DNA from: a virus
Direction: 5' to 3' (one strand)
Virus record (IMG/VR): IMGVR_UViG_3300045988_105372
Location: 51,462-115,461 of that record
DNA length: 64,000 nt
Shown: positions 48,479-56,727 of the stretch, one piece after another
How the letters are laid out: every line of letters starts with the position of its first letter
Position numbering within the stretch: the stretch's first letter is position 1
Made by a program: the position numbers and the translations under genes
Notes under the pieces: model-generated
The model's input: the letters and a program-made list of their open reading frames with translations, nothing else
Told to the model about the DNA's origin: nothing
Database searches by the model: none

Positions 48479-48561
48479 TACGGTAGAAAGGATTCGAACC
48501 AATGACCTTCTCGAAATGACCTATTATAAAAGAGATGCTCTAACCACTGAGCTACTACCGT
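48479..48561 (-). tRNA. tRNA-like gene (83 nt) with canonical acceptor/D-arm but anticodon stem TCTC/GAGA enclosing 19 nt (contains direct repeat AGGTCATT x2)
   Basis: manual folding; T-arm region ATTGGTTCGAATCCTTT identical to 48992..49072. Confidence 0.4.
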
Positions 48562-48616
48562 AAGTACTAGTTTATATCGGAAAACTAGTAAAACGTTAAC
48601 ACATTATTATGGAAAC

Positions 48617-48967
48617 TTAAAAGCCAAATGAAAACATGGTATTTGCGGAAGTACTAAGAGTTACATAAGGAATTTTATTTCTTACTGTAATAAAGACAAT
48701 AAAGCGTCTTCCTGTATTAACCTCTCCACAATTATGGATTTCTACTCCATCTTTCATTTCAGAAGAGTATATTTTTAATACCATTTTACCAAACTTACTA
48801 TTATTAAAAGTAATAGTTTTTCTAGCTTCATTATATACTACTGAAGTTTTAATGTAAAATGGGTCACTCCATTCACCATCTTGATAAACAGTGATAGAAC
48901 CATAATTAAACGCATGAGCTATTGTAGTTAATACAATAAAACTCATTAATAAAATAATCTTTTTCAT
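48617..48967 (-). CDS. secreted protein with signal peptide (start trimmed to MKKIILLMSFIVLTTIAHA)
   Basis: ORF track 48617..49015; upstream 16 codons would overlap tRNA-like gene. Confidence 0.45.
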   Translation of the reverse strand: MKKIILLMSFIVLTTIAHAFNYGSITVYQDGEWSDPFYIKTSVVYNEARKTITFNNSKFGKMVLKIYSSEMKDGVEIHNCGEVNTGRRFIVFITVRNKIPYVTLSTSANTMFSFGF

Positions 48968-48991
48968 ATTACTCAATCTTTTTAATGTTAG

Positions 48992-49072
48992 TACGGAGTA
49001 AAGGATTCGAACCAATATAACCTCTCTATGAATTGTGGAAATGAGGTGCTCTAGCCATTAAGCTAACTCCGT
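48992..49072 (-). tRNA. tRNA-like gene (81 nt) with anticodon stem ACCTC/GAGGT enclosing 20 nt; paralog of 48479..48561
   Basis: manual folding. Confidence 0.4.
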
Positions 49073-49077
49073 ATATG

Positions 49078-49152
49078 TGGTCCTAATGCGGCTCGAACGC
49101 ATAACATCGAATTTAGAAGATTCGTACTCTAATCCAGTTGAGTTATAGGACC
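49078..49152 (-). tRNA. tRNA-Arg(UCU)
   Basis: acceptor GGTCCTA/TAGGACC, D-arm ACTC/GAGT, anticodon arm CGAAT-CTTCTAA-ATTCG, T-arm ATGCG-TTCGAGC-CGCAT. Confidence 0.75.
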
Positions 49153-49156
49153 AAGT

Positions 49157-49188
49157 GCAACTAATTATCTGCTAGTTGCCAACAATAT
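49157..49188 (-). repeat. second copy of 32-nt hairpin repeat GCAACTAATTATCTGCTAGTTGCCAACAATAT, 4 nt upstream of tRNA-Arg 5' end
   Basis: identical to 46695-46726. Confidence 0.7.
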
Positions 49189-49205
49189 ATATGAACTTTA
49201 CAGAA

Positions 49206-49469
49206 TTACTCTATTATTTCAGTTTCAGATATACACCATTTACCATTAATTTTAACGGCTTCTACCTGTTTATTATTTACTGTCTCAAGAGATACTTTAT
49301 TTTCTAAAGTTCTATTGAACGAAATAATGTATTTGTTAGCCTCTTCTTTAGAATTGACTACACGAGACTGAATGCTATTGTTAATAACATTATATATCTT
49401 TCTTAAAACTTTCATAATTATAATTTTTATAAAGTTAATAGTATATAGAGCATTGTTTCTCAACAACAC
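49206..49469 (-). CDS. hypothetical protein (87 aa)
   Basis: ORF track. Confidence 0.4.
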   Translation of the reverse strand: MLLRNNALYTINFIKIIIMKVLRKIYNVINNSIQSRVVNSKEEANKYIISFNRTLENKVSLETVNNKQVEAVKINGKWCISETEIIE

Positions 49470-49584
49470 TCTACTATAGTTTCAAATATCCATTGTAAAA
49501 GTAAAAATTTGTTAATTTCAAATTTTATAGTTTAAATCATCATATTTTGCAAATTTTAAACTTTAATACAATACAAAGACAATT

Positions 49585-50100
49585 TTATAGTATGTCTGCA
49601 ATATCCACATCATTATCTCCTGGATCTGGATAATCTTCAATATCACATGTTGTATCATCCTCATTATATTTTGAATGATAAGCAATGTGCTCTAACTTAT
49701 TAATAATATTGTTTACTTTAGCTAATCTATTATAAGTAGAATCCAAAGCCTGATTTAAAGCGTTTGCAATAACTTTACACATAGTATGCATAGCTTTATC
49801 TCTCACAATTCGATTAGCTACTACCTGGTCGTCCTCATCATTTTTACTTAAAGTAATTTTAGAAACGACTGTTACAGTAGAATTATCAACAGTAAGTCCC
49901 CAAGAAGCAAGGTTTTTAATGAAAATCTTTCTTTCTTTAGAAGTCGCAATTTTAAGGAATACAGAAGTATCAGCACTTGAAACTTTTATATTAGCTCCTT
50001 CTAAGTAATCCATTATGTACTCTAAATCACAAGACATAGTACAAAACGTACTGTTACCAACTCTCTCAATGCTGTACTTTACTTTCTTAATTGTCTGCAT
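49585..50100 (-). CDS. hypothetical protein (171 aa), acidic C-terminus
   Basis: ORF track. Confidence 0.45.
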   Translation of the reverse strand: MQTIKKVKYSIERVGNSTFCTMSCDLEYIMDYLEGANIKVSSADTSVFLKIATSKERKIFIKNLASWGLTVDNSTVTVVSKITLSKNDEDDQVVANRIVRDKAMHTMCKVIANALNQALDSTYNRLAKVNNIINKLEHIAYHSKYNEDDTTCDIEDYPDPGDNDVDIADIL

Positions 50101-50482
50101 TTTCTTTCGTTTTAGATTGTTTGAACAATTTAATGATGCCTTTTAAAGCATATTCTGGAACATTGCCACAAAGACATCCACCATTTACATACAGTTTAAT
50201 ATTACCATAAGTAAATTTAGTAATCTCAAGATTCCCTTCAGCGCCATTAGATTCATTCTCTAACCATACTGGAAAATCTTTCCATTCATCTACAGTTAAT
50301 GATTCATCAATAACTGAATGTTCTTCAATAGTCGGTTTCAGAGCTTTAAAATGCTTTAAGACTAAAGTCTTATGCACTGAATCAGCAAACTCTAGTTTCT
50401 TTGGTTTCTTGCTAAGAAAGAAGTAATCTTCACCAATCTTAGCCACAACATTTTTCTGTTTAACATTAAATAATAATTCCAT
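50087..50482 (-). CDS. hypothetical protein (131 aa)
   Basis: ORF track. Confidence 0.45.
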   Translation of the reverse strand: MELLFNVKQKNVVAKIGEDYFFLSKKPKKLEFADSVHKTLVLKHFKALKPTIEEHSVIDESLTVDEWKDFPVWLENESNGAEGNLEITKFTYGNIKLYVNGGCLCGNVPEYALKGIIKLFKQSKTKENADN

Positions 50483-50493
50483 AATTTTTAAAA

Positions 50494-50892
50494 TTAATAG
50501 TTATATCTACTTAGTTCAAGATCAACTTCAGAAATTAATCTAGATTTATATGTAGCTAATGCTGTTTTATAAGTTTCAGAGTCAGCTTCATAATGACCTT
50601 CGATATATTCTAAAGTTCCCTCTTTGAACATTACAGTTTTAGATGATAAGTTATCTGATAGAAATACTATTCCATCAGATGTCAAAGATTTACTTCTAGT
50701 AAATCCTTTATTATACATATTAATATGTATATACAAACAATCGTAGAGACTTAAAGCATTGTTTATATTGCTTCTTATATCTCTTAGCTGATTAAGTTTT
50801 ACTTGTTTTATTACTTTATTATGATTGGCAATAGCCCAAATCACACATAGAATAAAAGCAAGTATAACAATTCCTAGCAAACCTTTATCCAT
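50494..50892 (-). CDS. membrane-anchored protein (132 aa)
   Basis: ORF track; N-terminal TM helix. Confidence 0.45.
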   Translation of the reverse strand: MDKGLLGIVILAFILCVIWAIANHNKVIKQVKLNQLRDIRSNINNALSLYDCLYIHINMYNKGFTRSKSLTSDGIVFLSDNLSSKTVMFKEGTLEYIEGHYEADSETYKTALATYKSRLISEVDLELSRYNY

Positions 50893-51244
50893 ATATTCTT
50901 GGTTCTGTATTAATGTTTTTAGAACTCATATATTGGTAAAGCCATTTAACATTATTTACAACAAAAGTGTTACCTTTTATATCTGTAAATAATATTTTCT
51001 TGTACTTATCCATAATCAGTCCCGATAATACTAACAAAGGATTTCTAATATATGCTGCAAATGTTCCCCCCTTTATACTTTCTCCAGAAATAATTCTTAA
51101 TGTATTATTAAGATATTGATATTTCTTATTGAAAGCATTAGCATAGTTAGCATGTGTAGTCTTAGAAATATTGTACTCTGCATCAATCTGTGCTGAGAGC
51201 ATTATTACTAATTCTCCCAGAGTATTGTGATTCATTGTCACCAT
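50885..51244 (-). CDS. hypothetical protein (119 aa)
   Basis: ORF track. Confidence 0.45.
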   Translation of the reverse strand: MVTMNHNTLGELVIMLSAQIDAEYNISKTTHANYANAFNKKYQYLNNTLRIISGESIKGGTFAAYIRNPLLVLSGLIMDKYKKILFTDIKGNTFVVNNVKWLYQYMSSKNINTEPRIYG

Positions 51245-51408
51245 TGATAAATTCCTCCCAAAGATAATTGTGCTTGTAATGTTTCTAAGTCACTCTTGAT
51301 TGGAAGTTCTTTACCATGAATAGCTTTGTACTCCTTACTTACTTGTGCAATAGTTTTCTTTTTAGAAAAGACTAATGCTGTAATCTTAATAATGTCTTTT
51401 GTCTCCAT
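51238..51408 (-). CDS. small protein (56 aa, METKDIIKITALVFSKKKTIAQVSKEYKAIHGKELPIKSDLETLQAQLSLGGIYQW); stop overlaps start of next gene (ATGGTGA)
   Basis: manual translation; translational-coupling overlap. Confidence 0.4.
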   Translation of the reverse strand: METKDIIKITALVFSKKKTIAQVSKEYKAIHGKELPIKSDLETLQAQLSLGGIYQW

Positions 51409-51504
51409 TTTTTTAAACTATTTAATTATTAATAATGTGCCATCACCTTTCTCATTAAGAGTCTGCTACTTTGGATATGTAGGATGTAGGTTTACACTAG
51501 AGCT

Positions 51505-51525
51505 CTATCTATCACAGACCGAACT
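51505..51525 (-). promoter_or_regulatory. family-1 motif CTATCTATCACAGACCGAACT within small inverted repeat (TAGAG...CTCTA)
   Basis: 19/21 identity with 51589-51609; core shared with 47929/48115 copies. Confidence 0.45.
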
Positions 51526-51540
51526 CTAATATTTGTCTTT

Positions 51541-51574
51541 GTAATCTATTGTGCTTATGGACATAATAGATTAC
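51541..51574. repeat. 10-bp perfect inverted repeat GTAATCTATT...AATAGATTAC between the two family-1 motif copies
   Basis: seen directly. Confidence 0.6.
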
Positions 51575-51588
51575 TAAAGTAACTAGCC

Positions 51589-51609
51589 CTATCTGTCACA
51601 GACCGAACT
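51589..51609 (-). promoter_or_regulatory. family-1 motif CTATCTGTCACAGACCGAACT
   Basis: see 51505-51525. Confidence 0.45.
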
Positions 51610-51763
51610 AGCGAAAATGATCTAAACTGTATATTGTTGATAACTATTTTATTTTAAAAATACATAAGTCTTGTCTTATGATTAACTAATTTTCTTTCCA
51701 AGATGCCAACTATTTATTATACTCTATAGTACTAGAGTACAGAGATTATCTTCATTCTTTTAC

Positions 51764-52138
51764 TTAATAAACTTCACTTCTTAAAGATTCATAGCCTTCA
51801 TACATTGGAAATTCTGAGTTAAGAGTAATCTTAATAAAGACTCTGTCGTCGATAGTTACAAGTCCTACAGTTTTAATATTGCGATTACAATTATCAAAAC
51901 TAGTACAAATAACTGTATTAGAGGTAAAATCTGCTACGCCTTTAAAACCCATATCAACAAGAACTTTACACATTGGTGTCAAGTAATAAATTTTACCTTC
52001 TTTAATAACACAAGAAGAAAATGGAATTACTCTATCACTAATGTGATAAGTTCTAGCATCATGATCTATTATGAGAGCTTTACCGGCAAGACTCTCACAA
52101 CCTGATACAATTTTTTTATTTAATTTCTCTGTATTCAT
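51764..52138 (-). CDS. hypothetical protein (124 aa)
   Basis: ORF track. Confidence 0.45.
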   Translation of the reverse strand: MNTEKLNKKIVSGCESLAGKALIIDHDARTYHISDRVIPFSSCVIKEGKIYYLTPMCKVLVDMGFKGVADFTSNTVICTSFDNCNRNIKTVGLVTIDDRVFIKITLNSEFPMYEGYESLRSEVY

Positions 52139-52577
52139 CGATTACATCAATTAAGTCTTGGAATGTATATTTTCCAATATCTGATTTATCTTCAACCCAA
52201 TAAAGAGCTTTAGCAATCTGTTTGAGTTCAGACTTAGTTAATTCACCCAACTTATATTGCTGAATTTTTTTAACTAGTCTTTGCATAGTATCATAAGCAT
52301 TATAAGAAAAAGTATGTTCTCCACCAGATTTTCTAGTGTATGTAATATATTTACTATCACAATACTTTACATTATCTGAATGCTTAATAAGACCATTAGC
52401 ACAAGCATTCATTCGAGCTTCCAAAGCTTCTACTATAATATTAGTATAAGCCTCAAATACTTCTTCTGCAAACTTCTTGAAATCTCTTTTTGATGGAGTT
52501 TCAGAGAAATTTACTTTTTTAATAGGAATAGTCACAGAAATTGTATATTCCTTCTCATTTTGAAATACATTTATCAT
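52116..52577 (-). CDS. hypothetical protein (153 aa)
   Basis: ORF track. Confidence 0.45.
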   Translation of the reverse strand: MINVFQNEKEYTISVTIPIKKVNFSETPSKRDFKKFAEEVFEAYTNIIVEALEARMNACANGLIKHSDNVKYCDSKYITYTRKSGGEHTFSYNAYDTMQRLVKKIQQYKLGELTKSELKQIAKALYWVEDKSDIGKYTFQDLIDVIDEYREIK

Positions 52578-52659
52578 AAATTCATTTTTTTAAAATCATC
52601 GTATGCTATTTTACTCATTCCTATAAGTAGAATAATTAAAATAATATTTTGTAAAAATA

Positions 52660-53124
52660 TCATAACTTATAATTATTTTGTTGGTACTCTGCTACTAATA
52701 ACTTAGCATTATCTGCAAGTGCTATAATGTTAGATTTTAACAATCTTTTATACGCACATAAGACAATGTCATAGCATGTCTGTGTAGAATCATATGGTTC
52801 TTCTTTACGATCTTCCCATTGTGCAATGGTTAAAGTATTAAGACCATAGATTCCTCCAATATAAACCTCATTTATTGTCATAAGGTTTATATCTTTAGTT
52901 CTAAACATTCCATATTTATCTGGACCAAGGTTAGCATTACGAAACCCTTTACGCCAAATTCTTTTATGGAGTATCATACACTCAGATAGAGTATTGGCAT
53001 TACCAATTTTAGTAAGCCAACACTCATAACTATTAACAAGACCTTGTTGAAGTTTATAATCTGCAACATTCTTGTTTAATTCCCTTTTATGGAAAATTTT
53101 ATTCCAAATGTTGTATTTCTTCAT
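52660..53124 (-). CDS. hypothetical protein (154 aa)
   Basis: ORF track. Confidence 0.45.
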   Translation of the reverse strand: MKKYNIWNKIFHKRELNKNVADYKLQQGLVNSYECWLTKIGNANTLSECMILHKRIWRKGFRNANLGPDKYGMFRTKDINLMTINEVYIGGIYGLNTLTIAQWEDRKEEPYDSTQTCYDIVLCAYKRLLKSNIIALADNAKLLVAEYQQNNYKL

Positions 53125-53129
53125 TTTAT

Positions 53130-53429
53130 TTAAATAGCTAAATTATTTATAAGTTTAAATATCGCAGTATCAATAGATACATAATACATTTTTCGTTGTG
53201 TAAATTTCCCATTAATTATAAGATTCATCAACTTAGCTAATTCTACTGAATATGGAATATTAGTAGCTTTTACCAAGAGTTGGACTGCATAATTATGAGA
53301 TTTACGATTGGCTACAGCTATGTTATGTGTTTTAATAACTTGTTTACGCCAATGTAAGTGTTCTTTAGTTTTTATCTCTCGCAGATACAATTGATGTACC
53401 TGCAAGAGACTTGATCGACCTGTTAACAT
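53130..53429 (-). CDS. hypothetical protein (99 aa)
   Basis: ORF track. Confidence 0.4.
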   Translation of the reverse strand: MLTGRSSLLQVHQLYLREIKTKEHLHWRKQVIKTHNIAVANRKSHNYAVQLLVKATNIPYSVELAKLMNLIINGKFTQRKMYYVSIDTAIFKLINNLAI

Positions 53430-53440
53430 ATTATATGGAA

Positions 53441-53692
53441 TTATTTATTCATATTTACTTGGATTTTTGTATTACTTCTATCCAATGCTTTATACACAGG
53501 ATCATCAGCATACATACCTCTAGCTACAACATTGTTGTAGTATCTATCGACTTCGCTAATTTGATTAGCTTGGTTACGTACTACATTACGTAAGTCAGAG
53601 TTTTCTGACTGAAGAGTAGCTATTGTAAATAACAATGCTACAACTACTATCCCTAAAAGAATAGTAGAGATTACAAAGATATTCTTTTTCAT
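53441..53692 (-). CDS. membrane-anchored protein (83 aa)
   Basis: ORF track; N-terminal TM. Confidence 0.4.
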   Translation of the reverse strand: MKKNIFVISTILLGIVVVALLFTIATLQSENSDLRNVVRNQANQISEVDRYYNNVVARGMYADDPVYKALDRSNTKIQVNMNK

Positions 53693-53724
53693 TTCCGTAA
53701 AGTTTATTTGTTTAACTAAAAAGT

Positions 53725-53750
53725 GAGCAGTTTATAGTCTTACTCAGGAC
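53725..53750 (-). promoter_or_regulatory. family-3 promoter-like motif (GAGCAGTTTATA + hairpin GTC-TTACTCAG-GAC), 30-60 nt upstream of 53441..53692 start
   Basis: minus sense CCTGAGTAAGACTATAAACTGCTC; shared with 55237-55262 and 55733-55758. Confidence 0.45.
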
Positions 53751-53771
53751 TCGAACGGACTAAAACAATCA

Positions 53772-54206
53772 TCAAATGATATCCCACTCTCTGAGAGCTT
53801 CTAGTGGTGTAGCACCATTATTAAGCTCTCTTTGTACCTCTTCCTCAAGGTTAAATTTAGCTGCAATACGAAGTGCATCTTCAGCAGTTTTAACCATTGA
53901 AGATTTAGCAGTTTTTACAACCACTTCTGTTTTAGTAGTAACTTTAATTTGTTTAGCTACTACATATTTACTCGAAAGAATGAGTATAATCAACATCATA
54001 ACGCTCATTGCTTCCTCATTACTTTTTGGAGTAAGTTCATTGAGATACTTTACTGCGGAATTTCTTCTAGTGTTTCCGTAAACCACCGCACTCTCAGAGT
54101 CTGCTGCTATGAGCAACTCCTCTGATTTAAACAATACTTTTATCATTTTTTTATGTGTTAATGTGTTAAACAATAGAACTCCAGTCAGGTTATAACCCTG
54201 ATACAA
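53772..54206 (-). CDS. hypothetical protein (144 aa)
   Basis: ORF track. Confidence 0.45.
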   Translation of the reverse strand: MYQGYNLTGVLLFNTLTHKKMIKVLFKSEELLIAADSESAVVYGNTRRNSAVKYLNELTPKSNEEAMSVMMLIILILSSKYVVAKQIKVTTKTEVVVKTAKSSMVKTAEDALRIAAKFNLEEEVQRELNNGATPLEALREWDII

Positions 54207-54237
54207 TGCTTTTATTTACTGGAGTTATAATGAATAA

Positions 54238-54747
54238 TTATCTTACGAATCCTGGAACGGATACGATGAATCCGTCTTTTCTGATACAATCTGGATGACC
54301 TGTAGCCGGAGCTACTACATCTGTTCTGCCTTTCTCTTTTGCTGCTGCTAATACCATTGCTGACACAATATAAATTGTGCCTTCTTCTGGCTCAGGAAGA
54401 TTTTCAATCTCACCGTAGAACACTGTGGAAATACCACAGCAAAAGTTGCTAAATTGGTTCTCAACACGAGCAACTTTACCTGATGGATGGTACTCTGTAC
54501 CATTGTTCAAAGTTATAGTGTGAGGTGTTAAGTTAATAAACTTATTAGGAATAATCTCGAAATTTCTTCTTTGAAGATTATCAAGATCTCCTTCAGTACC
54601 ATCAAGTTCTTTATAGTGGCACTTATACATAAGTACACCGCTCATAGTTGACCAATGACCAGTGATAACACCAGTCACACTGGTATCCTCAGTGCCTAAT
54701 GCAAAGAGGATTACTTTAGTTCCATTTTTTACGATATTCTTTTCCAT
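54238..54747 (-). CDS. hypothetical protein (169 aa)
   Basis: ORF track. Confidence 0.45.
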   Translation of the reverse strand: MEKNIVKNGTKVILFALGTEDTSVTGVITGHWSTMSGVLMYKCHYKELDGTEGDLDNLQRRNFEIIPNKFINLTPHTITLNNGTEYHPSGKVARVENQFSNFCCGISTVFYGEIENLPEPEEGTIYIVSAMVLAAAKEKGRTDVVAPATGHPDCIRKDGFIVSVPGFVR

Positions 54748-55236
54748 ATTGTTAATGTGTTAAATTTATATTCATAGATACCTAATAACGTACAACTGTT
54801 ACTAGGTATTTCGTCCAGCCTCATCAGTATGAATTTTATAGTCTCCTGGTTGACTAAACAATTTCTCTTACTCCTTGTTTAAGGGAAGCCTCTCTTTTAG
54901 CACCGAGGTTATCGCTTTAATAAATAATGTAGAGTCCTTCAACACTTACTATCCCCTCCACTAATTGTCTTTACGCTTTCTTACTTCTAAAGTCTTTTTA
55001 ATACTTTACCAGTAATACTTTCAATGTGTTACGACGTGCTAAATACTGCCTGTACAAACCTATAAAAGGATAAACATCCGTTCTACTATTTAGCTATATA
55101 CTAGGATGATTTTTCAACTTAATTTAAAACATATTAGATAGGAACAGGTTTTACACAATACCCTGTATTACTTTCCGACTGTAGTACGGCAACCTATAGC
55201 TAGATATATCCTAGCCAGATTTTTTAGATTAAACAC

Positions 55237-55262
55237 AGCAGTTTATACACTTGCTCAGGTGT
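55237..55262 (-). promoter_or_regulatory. family-3 promoter-like motif (AGCAGTTTATACAC-TTGCTCAG-GTGT) with no ORF within 40 nt downstream; heads a 490-nt non-coding stretch
   Basis: minus sense CCTGAGCAAGTGTATAAACTGCT. Confidence 0.4.
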
Positions 55263-55278
55263 TTTGTTATATACACAT

Positions 55279-55467
55279 TTAATCAAAAATGTAATATACT
55301 AACACTTTGTTTGCAGCCTTTACATATGAAATGCAAGGTATGTTTAATGATTTGGTGAATTTGTCTGCTAAGTCATTATTATGAAATATTATTTCAATTC
55401 CACATTCTGATATAAAGCAGCTTTGAATACTATTATCTGCTTTTCCTTTTTCGATTATTGCTTTCAT
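55279..55467 (-). CDS. hypothetical protein (62 aa)
   Basis: ORF track. Confidence 0.3.
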   Translation of the reverse strand: MKAIIEKGKADNSIQSCFISECGIEIIFHNNDLADKFTKSLNIPCISYVKAANKVLVYYIFD

Positions 55468-55478
55468 ATTTAATGTTA

Positions 55479-55700
55479 TTATTGTTCATTACCAACAACA
55501 GTTATGGATTTAATATCTTTATATTCAAGAATAATATTATTCATGTATTCATTACTAAATACTATTCTATCAAGATACTCATATTTATTCATTCCATAAG
55601 CATTAGTTATAACACCACCATTAGTAATAATAACTCCATGTACTTTCTCAATATTTGCACATAAGATATTTACTATATCATTTAATACATTTCTATCCAT
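55479..55700 (-). CDS. hypothetical protein (73 aa)
   Basis: ORF track. Confidence 0.35.
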   Translation of the reverse strand: MDRNVLNDIVNILCANIEKVHGVIITNGGVITNAYGMNKYEYLDRIVFSNEYMNNIILEYKDIKSITVVGNEQ

Positions 55701-55732
55701 AATTTTAATGTTAAAGAGTTAATAATCTAGTT

Positions 55733-55758
55733 AAGAGCAGTTTATACACATGCTCAGG
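55733..55758 (-). promoter_or_regulatory. family-3 promoter-like motif (AGCAGTTTATACAC-ATGCTCAG-GTGT), ~40 nt upstream of 55479..55700 start
   Basis: minus sense CCTGAGCATGTGTATAAACTGCT. Confidence 0.45.
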
Positions 55759-55767
55759 TGTTTGTGG

Positions 55768-56070
55768 TTATCTACAAATATCAATATCCATATCAGCCCC
55801 TCGATTTGCTTCAAACGCGTCCCAATCAAAACCTTCTTTTGCAACTTTTAAACTATGCTCTACTTCAGTTGCATAAGATTTAAGTTGTTTATAGAATGTA
55901 ATTTTACCGGTGTGTGTTATAGACTGTCTGTATAGTTTATAGCTACGTTCAGGATGTTTTGTAGCCTCTCTTCTTCCCCATTTAGTTAGTTGATGAGGAT
56001 TGAGTCCTATTTTACACATTGTCAAATCATCACCAACAATTGTGTATACTACAATATAAAAATACTGCAT
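55768..56070 (-). CDS. T5orf172/GIY-YIG-related domain protein (100 aa)
   Basis: FYIVVYTIVGDDLTMCKIGLNPHQLTKWGRR resembles T5orf172 domain. Confidence 0.45.
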   Translation of the reverse strand: MQYFYIVVYTIVGDDLTMCKIGLNPHQLTKWGRREATKHPERSYKLYRQSITHTGKITFYKQLKSYATEVEHSLKVAKEGFDWDAFEANRGADMDIDICR

Positions 56071-56313
56071 AACTTTATACGATTTACCTTATACTATCGC
56101 GAGGTTTTTAAATGAATATTAAGCACTTTAGTTTTAAGACCTATAAACCACGTTGAGGTATGCTTTGCGTTATAGGATTTCGTCTAAAGTAAACTTTAGA
56201 CAGGGATTTCAACCTATGGAATAAAAACCTTTTTGTTTGTTTTATTTTATTTGTGTTTTGTTATTTTTAGTAAAACATCTTACAAAGAATAAAAATATTA
56301 TTGTATAAAATTC

Positions 56314-56515
56314 TTATAAATTGTTTGATGTGATGATGATTTTTGGAGTGATATATAAGTTGGTTTTAGTGAGAGAGATTGGGAAATTGAGGAAAGGTTT
56401 GTTTGATGGATGGGAGTTCGTGTGCACACAAACTCATACCAATCCATACAAACAACTAACCTTCCTCACCCAATCCCAACTTATCCCCCACCAATTCCAA
56501 CTATCTCTCCAAACA
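56314..56515. repeat. long imperfect inverted repeat: C-free arm (56314-56418) and G-free arm (56425-56515) around perfect palindrome GTGTGCACAC (56420-56429)
   Basis: base composition and reverse-complement similarity checked by eye (GGAGAGATAG...ATTGGGTGAGGAAGGTTAGTTGTTTGTATGGATTGG vs GGAGTGATAT...ATTGGGAAATTGAGGAAAGGTTTGTTTGATGGATGGG). Confidence 0.6.
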
Positions 56516-56689
56516 GCATATTTGACCACGATAACTTTATCATTTTCAATGAGCAACATAAAAATTCCAACAATTTGTGTCGGAAGTTGAACATTGTAGA
56601 ATTCCAAAGTTTCGAGATCAACAAGCTTATTTTTTCCATAAACTCCCTTTATAGTTCTGAACATATACAAAAATACAAAGAAATTTATA

Positions 56690-56727
56690 AAAAAAATTTT
56701 AAAGGAGAGAGATTACTCTCTCCCCTT
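56690..56727 (-). terminator. rho-independent terminator (AGGAGAGAG...CTCTCTCCCCT + U-run) after 56732..57145
   Basis: 9-bp GC-rich stem, A-run on plus 56690-56703. Confidence 0.55.

Noticed and set aside
48617-49015. Full-length ORF 48617..49015 and 58930..59223
   Set aside because: Their first 16 and 4 codons overlap tRNA(-like) genes; starts moved to internal Met that begins a signal peptide / lies after the tRNA.
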